A stretch of DNA of 64,000 bases from Planctomycetota bacterium (GCA_965223845.1 CBDCXR010000004.1:6113252-6177251); one strand, 5' to 3'. Positions 28,501-37,625 are shown, counted from the stretch's first letter. Numbers and translations: made by a program. Notes: generated by a model from the sequence alone, not told the origin.

Positions 28501-30651
28501 CTGCGGAGGAATTTCTCCGATCCAGAAACCGTCCTCCGCTCGCATCGGAAGCTCGGCGAGCGCGCCGTCGCCGGCGACGCGGTAGCGGAGCGTCGCCGCG
28601 GGAACGGAGTCCTCCGCGCGGGCGCGGATGGAGATCGCGTCGCCCGGGGTCGGTACGAGCGGCGTGTGCGTCACGTCCCAGATCTGACGCGGGACGCGTT
28701 CGCCCTCGACGCTGTTCGCGCGGCCGGGAGTCCCACCTACCGCGAGCGATGGCAGCCAAGCCCCGCCGGCCTCGTTTTCGAGCGCCGCCTCGACGAGCTC
28801 GAGCGATACCCCCGACTCGTCGGGCTCCTCGGGCCACGTCCCGCCGGCCGCGTAACGAACGCGGTCGAGTTCGCGCCCGCGGCCATCTGAGAGGACGAGC
28901 GTCTCGCCGCGACTCGACAGACGTCCGGCGAACGGGCCTAGGACCATCGTTTCCGGTGGGACGTCGATCTCGTCCGGCTCTTCCGCGACGACGAGGCGCT
29001 CGCCCGCTTCGAGCACTACATCTTCGGGAAAGAGGTACTCGACGCCGCCCGAGACCCGGCCGTAGCCGAGGTCGACCCGCTCGCGCGCGACGATTTCGAT
29101 AAACTCGCTCCCCGATGTCGGGCGGTAGAGGATCTCCGTGATCACCGCCGCGCCGGGCGCCGGGGGAACGTTCGGCGCGGCGGGCGTCGCTCGCTCGAGC
29201 CACCGCACGGGATCGCCGGACGCGTCGCTCGACGGATCCCCGGAGGGAAAGCGCCCGAGCGAACCGCTCTCCGGCGCGCGCGGAAACCAGCGCGCGTCGA
29301 TGAGTCGATCTCCGTCCGCAGTGCGGAGTGCGAGCCGTTTCCCGTCGAGCTCATTCGGAAGCTCGAGAGTGGAGAACCCGTTCGCTGGGAGCACCGTTCC
29401 GGGCGGGAGGGTCGTCACCGGGCTCGGCGCCTCGCTGGCGAGCGCTTCGGCGTCGAGGAGCTGCGCGCCCGAGAGGTCGACCGCGTGCGGTGACGCATTT
29501 CGAAGCTCGAGTCGAAGCGTTCCGCCGTCGCGCCAGAGTTCGTTGAGAGTCACTTCCGGCGGACGCGGCCGCCGCGTCGCCAGCTCGAGCTTCGGATCGA
29601 TCACGAAGTCCGAGCCTCGGACGTGATCGTTGACCGCGTAAACGGCGAGGACGTTCGTCCCCGGGACGAGAAGGTCTGCGCGCGATGAGAGGTGGATGAC
29701 CGCCGGAACGCCTTCGGCGCGCTGTCGCTCCGTCGCGACGTCGTCGTGACGAACCGGCGTTCCCGGCTCGCCCGTATTTCGCCGCGCGATCTCTTCGCCG
29801 TTGAGCCACGCGACGAAGCCGTCGTCGAAGAGGGTCGTGAACACGAGATCGACGATGTCTTCTCCTGACGGCGAGTAGTCGAAGGTGCGCCGGAGGTAGA
29901 GCGAGCTGTAGGACTCGCGCATGTCGTCGAGAACCGTCGCATCATCGAAGTTACCGAACCCGAAGGAAGCCGGATCCTCGGCCCACGAGCCGTCGTCATA
30001 GTTCGCTCCCGTCCACGCGAGAGCGTCACCCAAGGGCTCCGAGCGACCTTTGAAGTAACGCCACCGCGCGCCGGGCGGGACGAGCGCTTCGGTCGAAAAC
30101 GCCTCCGCCCGCGAGTTCGTGCGTCCCGGAGTTCCTCCGATCGCCCACGAGCGAGCCCAGGATGCGGCGCGCGTTGGATCCGAGAACGTCGCGACGCGCT
30201 CGAGCGATGCTCCCCCGCGATCGGCGGCCGCGCCCGGTTCGATCGCATACTCGCTGCGCTCGATCGAGCGGCGCTCGGCGTCTTCGATGCGGAGCTCGCC
30301 GCCGTCCGCCGGAAGCTTGCCGGAATACTCCCCCGTCGCCTCGAATCCGAATCGTTCGCGAAAGAGCTCGAGATCGTCCGTGAGAACGATCCACCCGCGG
30401 CCGGGAACGGTCGATCCGGCGGGAAACGAATACCGGGCGTCGCCGCGGAGCCGCCAACCGCCGACTGAGAGCGGTCGCGGTGACGGATTGAAGAGCTCGA
30501 CGAACGCCGGCCACCCTCTCGCGGGCGCGGCGTGGATCTCGCTCGTGAGGAGATCGCGCGCGCTCAGCGTCGGCGCCGCGAGCGCGAGCGCGATCACGGC
30601 GGCTCGCGTCGATCCGCGCCGCCGCGGGGGCAAGTTCTCGTTCCCGTTCAC
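25507..30651 (-). CDS. giant CotH kinase-family protein with lamin-tail (LTD) domains, beta-helix, IPT/TIG and dockerin-like C-terminus
   Basis: Track ORF 25507..31986, but its first ~445 codons are an Arg-rich shadow inside the upstream gene. I start at GTG 30651 (GTGA overlap with the upstream stop; VNGNENLPPRRRGSTRAAVIALALAAPTLSA signal). GTG 30657 is an alternative. LTD-like AFVELFNPSPRPLSVGGWRL and ITEILYRP..SEFIEIV. CotH-like YRIRFRDE...FLNAF...LVRLVFDGQLFPRYAQLEPIDRAYLRRHF...GNLYRG and LLPWDMDSVY. IPT-like LPARGSVLGGDVVTVTGAGL. Confidence 0.8.
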   Translation of the reverse strand: MNGNENLPPRRRGSTRAAVIALALAAPTLSARDLLTSEIHAAPARGWPAFVELFNPSPRPLSVGGWRLRGDARYSFPAGSTVPGRGWIVLTDDLELFRERFGFEATGEYSGKLPADGGELRIEDAERRSIERSEYAIEPGAAADRGGASLERVATFSDPTRAASWARSWAIGGTPGRTNSRAEAFSTEALVPPGARWRYFKGRSEPLGDALAWTGANYDDGSWAEDPASFGFGNFDDATVLDDMRESYSSLYLRRTFDYSPSGEDIVDLVFTTLFDDGFVAWLNGEEIARRNTGEPGTPVRHDDVATERQRAEGVPAVIHLSSRADLLVPGTNVLAVYAVNDHVRGSDFVIDPKLELATRRPRPPEVTLNELWRDGGTLRLELRNASPHAVDLSGAQLLDAEALASEAPSPVTTLPPGTVLPANGFSTLELPNELDGKRLALRTADGDRLIDARWFPRAPESGSLGRFPSGDPSSDASGDPVRWLERATPAAPNVPPAPGAAVITEILYRPTSGSEFIEIVARERVDLGYGRVSGGVEYLFPEDVVLEAGERLVVAEEPDEIDVPPETMVLGPFAGRLSSRGETLVLSDGRGRELDRVRYAAGGTWPEEPDESGVSLELVEAALENEAGGAWLPSLAVGGTPGRANSVEGERVPRQIWDVTHTPLVPTPGDAISIRARAEDSVPAATLRYRVAGDGALAELPMRAEDGFWIGEIPPQVDGAVIEFQIEVCGPESRGRRECGVFPYGGEPDTALFEVDTDRDSPLDEDYRLVLRPADVAALAEDPLSNVQRPATFIAGGKAYYRARVRYRGSGSRLLDPKSYRIRFRDEDRFPDGRTIFLNAFQPHRQVMGMDLWRRVGLPYSRARLVRLVFDGQLFPRYAQLEPIDRAYLRRHFSDDDGNLYRGRDEAVFDYRGDDPAAYVEHYNKETNERDGDFSDIIELCRVFSETPEDEFRATISRRIDARQWIETLAVHGALSNQEGGIYRDTGDDYFIYSPEGGRFVLLPWDMDSVYLESEERLVRPSVPAIRRLLEIPEYSRHYYRTLRDLVSTHFTVEATARQARRIERGYDLEGQDEFVTFVRERSAFIRRHVERTLSASVAEGGVGSGRRLFAIAEDLVLSGTAPPAEAARVTVAGREAEYSAVDGIWRIAISARTDRRLRIRAFDEDGETIARLDATLERISPERVVSTLPPGETQFAADGAPWILAPDLKVPANASVRIDAGAHVLLAPSGELLVDGNLDAVGSADRPIVFGLSIPGGSGQRIHFLNGSRGRLEHVRFVFASGEFDPSTPAKPFIENEKGNVSVRNSHFEGIPGVVLEAIDGRLEVADCTFRRTGEAIHGVTSTVIATGNTIEDVHGDQDAIDLDGELDREPGASRIAGNLIRGGSDDGIDLLASSALIEGNVMIDCGDRAISIEGLGSPSIRKNVIVDCRDGIVLKDGTTATGDHNTVTGCLNGVAALVKTAGALGAHGTFHSSIVWGNDVDVSVDLDSTLEISRSNLGTDPDFWGVENVSLDPEFVAQRDVRLRAGSPCLGTGRDGTDMGARGLASSEPPAIAKILPARGSVLGGDVVTVTGAGLTSATRVLVGERELFDLALLPSGDLRGLAPPAVRADSVDVIVETAHGTDRQAGAYVYARDILTGDANGDRRLDVTDAVTVLRHLFGAREGATEVAIVCPSVADFDRNGSVAINDPIAFLNYLYGGGRAASPLRVDCE

Positions 30652-33600
30652 TCGCACGGTGGAAACGCCTCGCAGGTGAGTCCGTCGTCGTCGGTCGGGT
30701 CGAATCCGCACGTGAGAAGCGGCGCGGGCGGCTCGCGTCCGTCCGCGAAGAGGTAGTTGAGAAGACCGATCGGATCGCTGATGTCGATGCCGCCGCCGTC
30801 TTCGATGTCGGCCGCATCGCGGCACACCGGCGGTGAGCCGTCCGCGAAGAGGTAGAGAAGTATGTAGAGTGCATCGCTCACGTCCGTCCCGCCGTCGGCG
30901 TTCGCGTCGCCGCGCTGGAACCGGACGGGTCCGTCCGCGCAAAACTCGTACGCGCCGGGATCGATTCCCGCACCGCAGGGACGAGCTCTCCCGACGAGAT
31001 CGAACTCCGGCGCCGATTCGCTCGTCCCGGCGTCGATGACCGGCGCGTCGGATGCGAGGCGGTAGTCGCCGATCGCGAATCGCTCGCCGATCCACTCGCC
31101 GGCGCGCACGAATCCCGGATCCTCGTTGCGGTTCCCCTCGCCCGGAAGCACGGCTTCCGTGCCCAAGGTCGAGTAGGTCGCGGAGACCTTGGTCTCCTGA
31201 TCCCACTCGGGAATGAACAGATCGTCGATCTCGTTGTCCCACACGATCGAATTGACGATCGTCCAATCGGAGTTGGCACTCGCTAGGCCGATCCAGTTGT
31301 CGGCGATGGTCGTCGAGAGGATCGTCGCCGTGCCGCCGTCGAGGTTGACTCCGCGGTGGAGATTGCCGACGACTTCGCAGTTTGTGAGTGAGACCGTGCC
31401 ATCGAAGCCGGACCACACTCCCGCGCCGTCGTTGTCGTGCAGGCGGCACTCGAAGAGAGACGCTTCCGCCGCGCCTTCGAGATAGACGCCGCCGCCGATG
31501 ACCTCGCCGTGAAAGGTGAAGCCTGCGTTTCGCGCCAGAAGCGAGGAGAAGATCTCGGTGCGCGCCCCGCCGCCGAGGTAAACCCCGGCTTCCGAGTTGT
31601 CGGCGATGGTGGAATCTCTGATTTCGATGACGGACCCGCTCAGCGCGAGGATCCCCTGCCCTTCGTTCGCCCAAACTTCGCTCGACACGAGTCGAGCCAC
31701 CGCGTTCATGCCAGCGAGAACTCCGGGGCCGACGGATTCGGCGACGACGGATCCTTCGATGGTCGCGTCGCCGTCGTGCGCGAACGCGACGCCGAGGCCG
31801 CGTCCGTTTCGCACCGTCACCCGGGCGAGCCTCGAGCCCGCCGAGAGACCGGTGAGCGCGCCGTTGAGCTCGACCTCGCTCGCGTGCGTTCCCGTGATGC
31901 TCGCGCGCTGAAGCGACACGCCCTGCGCTGCGTAGTCTCCCGGCGCGAGCTCGACCGTTCGGTGCTCGACGCCGGCGCTCGCGCACGTCTCCATCGTCGC
32001 GCCGACGTCGGTACCGCCTTCACCTGCACCGAGGCAGGGTGAGTCCGACGCGAGTGCGACGGAGAAGTCGAATGCGCTCGCGATCGGAGTCGGACCCGCG
32101 CGACCGGGATCCGGCGCGATCTCGAGCCTAGCGTCATCTCCCCAGCCGCAGAAGAGCGGTGCGTCGACGAAGTTTCCCGGTCCCGCCGGTGGCGAGTCGG
32201 CCTCGATGCACGAGTACGCGATCTCGAGAGTTCGCGGCGGGCTCGTGTTCGCGAGAAGGTTCCCGCTATCCCAGACGATCGATGATCGGATCTCGAGCCT
32301 GCCGTCGCGCACGATGAAGAACCCGGACCCGACCCCGGAGTTGCGCGCGAGCGTGCAGTGATCGAGGCGGAGGTCGCCGTTTGAGAAGAGGTTGAAGAGC
32401 CCGGCTCCGCTGGTGTCGAAGTTGCCGTCGATCGTTCCGCCGGACCACCGAATGGTCGTGTTCCCGCCGGTCACGATGCTTCCGACGGTTCGCGTCACGC
32501 GCCCCCCCTCGACTGTGAGGTCGGCGTCGCGGATCCAGAACGCAGTGCCCGAAACCGACTCGACCAAGGTGTCGCGGACGATCGGCGCGGCCCCCTCGGT
32601 GATCTCGACGAGGATCGCGAATCTCTGCGCGCCGCCGCTCAGCTCGCAGTCGTCGAAAACGGGCCGAGCGCCCGCTCGACAGCGAATCGCGGGACGCGTC
32701 GACGATCCAGCGCGGATCCTGCAACGCTCGACCGTCGCGTTCGAATTCACCCCGAAATCGAGCGCGCCGTCGCCGCCGGCGGCGAGGGTCACGTCGCGGA
32801 GGAACGCGCCGCTGCCGAGACCGCGCAGGGCGCCGTGGAGGACCGTGGTCTCGCGACTCTCTCCCGCGATGCTCACGCCGTGAAAGAGCGAAGCCGCTCC
32901 GACCTCGTATTCGCCGGCGGCGAGCATCACCGTTCGCGCATCGATCGTCTGGCCCGTGCATGAGCCGAGCGGCGCTCCCATGTCGCTGCCGTCCCGTCCG
33001 GCGCCGCGACAGGGCGAGCGGTTCGAGAGGGCGAGATCGAAGCTAGCGAGCGCCTCGGAGAGCGTTCGGTACGGTGACTCCGCCGAGCCGTCGCCGCCCG
33101 CCGGCGCGGATGCATCGACGTGCGCTTCCTCCGACGACCAACCGCAGAAGCTCGGATCGACATCGATGTTCCCCGTGCCCGTCCATCCTCCGTCGATGCA
33201 GCTGTAGGTGACGATCGGCGTCGAGTTCGGGACCTGCTGCTCGAGCGATTTTGGTCCGTTCGACCAAAGGATGGAGCTGTCGATCGTGACGGCGCCCTGG
33301 AGCATGTTCACGACGGGGCCGGTGTCGTTCACGTTCGCCGCGATCGTCGATTGCCGCACGGTGATCGTCGATCCGGTCCCGTTCGTGTGGAGCGCGCTCC
33401 CGGCCGAGAACGCGTAGTTCGACGCGATCACGCACTCTTCGACGGTGATGTCCGCCCCGGCGAGAGCCGAAACGCCGGCTCCGCGGTCGTAGGCCCGTGA
33501 ATCGTTCCCGGTGATCTCGGTCCCGCGCACGGTCGGCTGACTGCCGCTTGCGAGGATCCCGCCGTGGGAGTTTCCGCGCAATCGACAATCGCGGACGAGC

Positions 33601-35075
33601 GGGGCACGACCGGGTGCGACGAACACCCCGCCTTGAGTGCCGTCCGTCACGGTGACTCCGGCGAGCTCGGCACCCGACTCGAGTCCGCGTACCGTGCCGC
33701 GGAGCGTCGTCGAGTCCCGCCCCGCGCCGAGTAGAGAGACCTGATGGTCGAGCCCGCGTCCCGCGAGCGCGTACTCACCGCTCGCGACGTGAACGATGCG
33801 AGACTCGACCGGCGCGAGGTCACACTCGCCGGACGCTCTCCCGCGATTCCCGCCGTCGGATGCCGATCCGATACACGGTGAACCCGGCGCGAGGGCGTAG
33901 CTGTAGTCGAGTGCCGGCGCGAGGCGGTGGAACGGATTCGCCGCGGAGCCATCGCCCCCCGCGGGTGCCGCGGCGTCCACCCACACTTCATCGCCCCCGG
34001 CGGTCCACCCGCAGAAGAGCGGATCGCCGCGCAGGTTTCCCTCGCCCGGCCACACCTCCGGACTGTCGACGAGCGAGTAGCGAACGGTCGGCCGCGATAC
34101 TCCACCGTCGATGAGCGCGTCGGGCGCGTTTCCGAAGACGATCGAATCTTCTATGGCGAGCGTCGATTGGCGCGCGCTGATTCCTCCAGCGGTGCGGGTA
34201 GCGACGTTCGCGACGACCGTCACTCGCGTGAGTCGACCGGTCCCACCGTCGGCCGAGATCCCGCCGCCCGAGTCCGAATCGTTTCCTACGACGAGAGTGT
34301 CGTCGACGATCGCCTCGCCGCGTCCGGCGAGCCGGAGGGCTCCGCCGGCCCAGTTCGCCGAGTTGTGGCGGAACTCGCAGCCCGTGATCGTCGGCGCTGC
34401 GTCGTTTTCAATCGCGATGCCTCCGCCCATCGCAGCGGCGTTCGACTGAAATACGCATCCCGCAAATGTCGCGGCGGACTCGTCTCCGCACCAAGCTCCA
34501 CCGCCCATGAGATCGCTCGCCGCCGTCGTGCCGTTCCTCTCGAAGACACACGCTTCGAACCTCGGAGACGACGTACCGGCGATCCACACGCCGCCACCGC
34601 GAACGACGACGAAGCACCCCTCAGAGCAATCGACCTCGCCCTGCCCGCGACCGCCGGTGAGCGTGAGCCCGATGATCTCCGTAGCGGAAGTCTCGCCGCG
34701 CGTCGCGACGAAGACAGCCGCGCGGAGAGGATCGCGCGGCGTATCGGACATGCGCACGATCGTCGCCGCGGCTCCGGCTTCTCCGCGAACCCGGACGTCC
34801 TTCAGCGGAGGAGCGCTCGGATCACCTTCGACGTGGAGTCGATTCACGTCGAGCGGCTCGTCGATCACGTACTCCCCTGGCGCGATGAGAACTTCGTCGC
34901 CGCTCTGGGCCGCGTCGAGCGCACCCTGGATCGTCGCGTGGTCCGCGGGAACGCGGAGAATCTCGGCCGTCACTCTACCCGCGACGAGCTGAAGGAGAGC
35001 GAAAAGGAGCGCGGGGAGGATGGCGGGGCGACCGCGGCCGGGCTTCAGCCGGCGCGCGCGCGGGGAAATCATCAT
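30648..35075 (-). CDS. giant secreted beta-helix protein, Pmp-type repeats in at least three ~330-aa modules, dockerin-like C-terminus
   Basis: 1475 aa, signal ILPALLFALLQLVAGRVTA. Repeats: FQSNAAAMGGGIAI, FRHNSANWAGGALR, VVGNDSDSGGGISA. A module recurs with the pattern ...DP.FCGW...APAGGDGSA.P...L..AL....LA..SPC.G.G.DG.DMGA... Confidence 0.85.
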   Translation of the reverse strand: MMISPRARRLKPGRGRPAILPALLFALLQLVAGRVTAEILRVPADHATIQGALDAAQSGDEVLIAPGEYVIDEPLDVNRLHVEGDPSAPPLKDVRVRGEAGAAATIVRMSDTPRDPLRAAVFVATRGETSATEIIGLTLTGGRGQGEVDCSEGCFVVVRGGGVWIAGTSSPRFEACVFERNGTTAASDLMGGGAWCGDESAATFAGCVFQSNAAAMGGGIAIENDAAPTITGCEFRHNSANWAGGALRLAGRGEAIVDDTLVVGNDSDSGGGISADGGTGRLTRVTVVANVATRTAGGISARQSTLAIEDSIVFGNAPDALIDGGVSRPTVRYSLVDSPEVWPGEGNLRGDPLFCGWTAGGDEVWVDAAAPAGGDGSAANPFHRLAPALDYSYALAPGSPCIGSASDGGNRGRASGECDLAPVESRIVHVASGEYALAGRGLDHQVSLLGAGRDSTTLRGTVRGLESGAELAGVTVTDGTQGGVFVAPGRAPLVRDCRLRGNSHGGILASGSQPTVRGTEITGNDSRAYDRGAGVSALAGADITVEECVIASNYAFSAGSALHTNGTGSTITVRQSTIAANVNDTGPVVNMLQGAVTIDSSILWSNGPKSLEQQVPNSTPIVTYSCIDGGWTGTGNIDVDPSFCGWSSEEAHVDASAPAGGDGSAESPYRTLSEALASFDLALSNRSPCRGAGRDGSDMGAPLGSCTGQTIDARTVMLAAGEYEVGAASLFHGVSIAGESRETTVLHGALRGLGSGAFLRDVTLAAGGDGALDFGVNSNATVERCRIRAGSSTRPAIRCRAGARPVFDDCELSGGAQRFAILVEITEGAAPIVRDTLVESVSGTAFWIRDADLTVEGGRVTRTVGSIVTGGNTTIRWSGGTIDGNFDTSGAGLFNLFSNGDLRLDHCTLARNSGVGSGFFIVRDGRLEIRSSIVWDSGNLLANTSPPRTLEIAYSCIEADSPPAGPGNFVDAPLFCGWGDDARLEIAPDPGRAGPTPIASAFDFSVALASDSPCLGAGEGGTDVGATMETCASAGVEHRTVELAPGDYAAQGVSLQRASITGTHASEVELNGALTGLSAGSRLARVTVRNGRGLGVAFAHDGDATIEGSVVAESVGPGVLAGMNAVARLVSSEVWANEGQGILALSGSVIEIRDSTIADNSEAGVYLGGGARTEIFSSLLARNAGFTFHGEVIGGGVYLEGAAEASLFECRLHDNDGAGVWSGFDGTVSLTNCEVVGNLHRGVNLDGGTATILSTTIADNWIGLASANSDWTIVNSIVWDNEIDDLFIPEWDQETKVSATYSTLGTEAVLPGEGNRNEDPGFVRAGEWIGERFAIGDYRLASDAPVIDAGTSESAPEFDLVGRARPCGAGIDPGAYEFCADGPVRFQRGDANADGGTDVSDALYILLYLFADGSPPVCRDAADIEDGGGIDISDPIGLLNYLFADGREPPAPLLTCGFDPTDDDGLTCEAFPPCE

Positions 35076-35511
35076 GGAGGCGCCTCAGAGAAACGATACG
35101 GAATCGAACAACGCACGAAGCTGGACGACCGTGGAACCGGTCTCCGCTCGTGTCATCTCCGACACCGTTCACTCCGCAGCTATCCGGCCGCGGGCGCGAG
35201 CGGGGTGAGAGGACCGAGCCGCCGGCGTCGTTCAAAGGCGCGACACCGACCACCCCGCGTACTCCGTTTCCCCGCGGGCGTGCGCATGCGCGTCCCGAAC
35301 GAGATCGAATTGGCGCGGATCCGAAAACCGCACGTCATCGACTGCCGCCGGTGAGCTGCTAAGACACCCCAGACGCATCCATCGTAGGCGTCCGGGAGTG
35401 GCGGGGCGACATCTGCTTTGGGGGAAAATGTCTCTGAGGCCCGTGCCCCGCGCGTGGACGGCCGGCCTCGGAACGGGCCGGCGCGCGGACCAAGACCGGG
35501 GGCGGCCGCGG

Positions 35512-35982
35512 CTATCGAGGGGCGGTCGCCAGGCGCCGCTTCACCTTTTCCCAGTACCGGTCGGTCGACTCGAGCTCCGGGCCCCGCGGACCGCCGTTGT
35601 GAGTGCGCGCGATGCTCTCCGCGTCGCGGACTTTCCACGCGGTCGCCGCGTAGCGTCGCATGTAGGCGTCGATCACCTGCTCGGCGTAATCGCGCCGCCG
35701 GCAATCCTCGTACTCGCCGCCGATGTCCGGGTCGAACTGAGTCGCGTCCGCCCAGTACGACCAGCCGATCTGGTACGGGCCGATCGACATCCCGCCGTCG
35801 CCATCGGGAGGGTTTTCCTGGTCGCTCGTCTCGACGAAGCGAATCGCGTCGAGGATCTCGCGCTCGGTGTGCCGCGGCGCGAGGAGAGTGAGGAGAGCGA
35901 GAAGCGGAACGAGGGTTTTCGTGAGAACGAACATAGGTTGTTCTACAACGAAATCGCGGACTGCGCTCACTCGCTTCGTCAT
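35512..35982 (-). CDS. lysozyme-like / SLT-type transglycosylase domain protein
   Basis: Track ORF 35512..36198 overlaps the sulfatase 3' end. I use ATG 35982; ATG 35934 (MFVLTKTLVPLLALLTLLAP signal) is equally possible. VETS...GGMSIGPYQIGWSYWADA resembles the Glu-Ser...G.xQI..YW core of lysozyme-like folds. Confidence 0.55.
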   Translation of the reverse strand: MTKRVSAVRDFVVEQPMFVLTKTLVPLLALLTLLAPRHTEREILDAIRFVETSDQENPPDGDGGMSIGPYQIGWSYWADATQFDPDIGGEYEDCRRRDYAEQVIDAYMRRYAATAWKVRDAESIARTHNGGPRGPELESTDRYWEKVKRRLATAPR

Positions 35983-36002
35983 CGGCGCGCGATCCAATCC
36001 GT

Positions 36003-37406
36003 TTACTCCGCGCGAAGTGCTTCCCTCCGAGCGGGCTGCTCGGTTGCACCGGCGCGCACGTCTTTTCGCCACTCCTCGAGCGCGGCGTTGAGCTCGCGCG
36101 CGATCCCGGGACGCTCGGCCGCGAGATCGCGCGTTTCTCCGAGGTCGGATTCGAGGTCGAAGAGCGACGTCTTTCCGCGCACGACGTGGAGCTTCCACTT
36201 TCCCCGGCGGACGGCGGCGCTGCGGCCGAATTCCCAGAAGAGATCGCGCGGCTCGGCCGTCGCGGGGCTCGCTTCACCGCGGAGCGTTCCGGCGAGGCTG
36301 ATTCCGTCGAGCGCGAGCTCCTCGGGTGCTCTGGCTCCCGCGAGCTCGACGAGGGTCGGAAAGATGTCGATCGAGATCGCCGGCGCCTGGTGGACGCTCC
36401 CGGCTTTCACCACGCCGGGCCACCACGCGATCGCCGGCACGCGGTGCCCTCCTTCCCAGAGCGATCCCTTGAACCCGCGGAGCGGGCCGTTCGAGCCGTT
36501 CCGATTCGCCCCGTTGTCCGAGAAGAAGAACACGAGAGTATTCTCGGCGACGCCGCGCCGCCGGAGCGCATCGACGACCTCGCCGACGCCTCGATCCATC
36601 TCCTCCATCATCGTCTGGTACGTCGCGCGAATGTCCGGTCGGGCGTTCTTCCCGCCCCTCGCGCGGTTCTTCGCCGCCTTCGGTCCGCGCACCGGGGGAT
36701 CGTCCGGTCCCTGATAGGGAGAGTGCGGCGCCTCATGAGCGATGTAGAGGCAGAACGGCTGTTCACTCTTCTCTTCGATGAATCGGACGGCGTGCTTCGT
36801 GATGAGGTGGGTCGTGTACCCGAGTTCGTCCTCGAGCTTCGTCCCCCTCCACCAATCGAAGATCCCCATGCGATCGTAGTGCGAGATATAGTCGATATTG
36901 CCGCTCACGAAGCCGCGAAACTCGTCGAAGCCCTGTGCCGTCGGGTTGTACTTCGAGTCGTACCCGAGGTGCCACTTACCGAAGACCGCCGTTCGGTAGC
37001 CGGCGCCCTTCAGGACTTCCGCGAGGGTGGTTTCGGAAAGCTGAAGACCGTGGTGGCGGTTGTCCTTCGGGTCCGCCAAGATGACTCCAGGGACGCTCGC
37101 TCGCTGCTGGTAGCGCCCGGTGAGGAGCCCCGCGCGGGTGGGACTGCACACAGCGCCGCTCGAGTGAAAGTCGGTGAAGCGCATTCCTTCGCGCGCGAGG
37201 CGGTCGAGGGCCGGAGTCTCGTAGCGCGTGCCGCCGTAACAGCTCGCGTCGGCGTAGCCCATGTCGTCAGCGAGTATGACGACGAAGTTCGGCTTCGGGG
37301 GCGCACTCGTCGCGACCGACTCGCTCGGAGCGAGAAGAGCGATGAACGAAACGAACAGCGCTCGTCGCGCGTCTTTTAGATGAATGCAGTCGATGGATTT
37401 GAGCAC
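36003..37406 (-). CDS. arylsulfatase (formylglycine-dependent sulfatase family)
   Basis: Track ORF 36003..37571. I prefer GTG 37406, with GGAGAG about 5 nt upstream. NFVVILADDMGYAD; the FGly motif CSPTRAGLLTGR; FFSDNG; GSLWEGGHRVP. Confidence 0.85.
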   Translation of the reverse strand: MLKSIDCIHLKDARRALFVSFIALLAPSESVATSAPPKPNFVVILADDMGYADASCYGGTRYETPALDRLAREGMRFTDFHSSGAVCSPTRAGLLTGRYQQRASVPGVILADPKDNRHHGLQLSETTLAEVLKGAGYRTAVFGKWHLGYDSKYNPTAQGFDEFRGFVSGNIDYISHYDRMGIFDWWRGTKLEDELGYTTHLITKHAVRFIEEKSEQPFCLYIAHEAPHSPYQGPDDPPVRGPKAAKNRARGGKNARPDIRATYQTMMEEMDRGVGEVVDALRRRGVAENTLVFFFSDNGANRNGSNGPLRGFKGSLWEGGHRVPAIAWWPGVVKAGSVHQAPAISIDIFPTLVELAGARAPEELALDGISLAGTLRGEASPATAEPRDLFWEFGRSAAVRRGKWKLHVVRGKTSLFDLESDLGETRDLAAERPGIARELNAALEEWRKDVRAGATEQPARREALRAE

Positions 37407-37625
37407 GGCTCTCTCCAACCGTCCGAACACTAGGGTCAGGTATTTCCGGATCTTCGGGTAGCCCCCGCCGCTACGTACCCGTCGCGCGGTGAATACGCGG
37501 CTTTGCTGGACGTCGAATCTGTGAGACCGGAAGATTCTACCGAGTTCCGGTTCGCGTCCGTAACGATTCACCCGCGAGGGGCGAATCGAACTCGAGGGGC
37601 GAGCCGGATCGGAAGGGAGGCGACC

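Noticed and set aside
27053-29203. 716-aa minus-strand ORF, and similar long ORFs: 3759..5342, 5562..6902, 17083..18423, 18270..19487, 33927..35354, 35180..36277, 35398..36714, 36186..37379, 39000..40628, 41085..42389, 46303..47463, 52397..53698, 55148..56308
   Set aside because: All overlap motif-supported genes in alternative frames or on the opposite strand. All have Arg/Ala/Pro/Gly-dominated composition with no motifs. This is the expected stop-codon scarcity of a high-G+C genome.
30652-31986. N-terminal ~445 codons of the listed 2159-aa ORF 25507..31986
   Set aside because: This stretch lies entirely inside the well-supported beta-helix gene 30648..35075 in another frame, and it translates to an Arg-rich low-complexity string. 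A GTG at 30651, overlapping the upstream stop (GTGA), gives a proper signal peptide.
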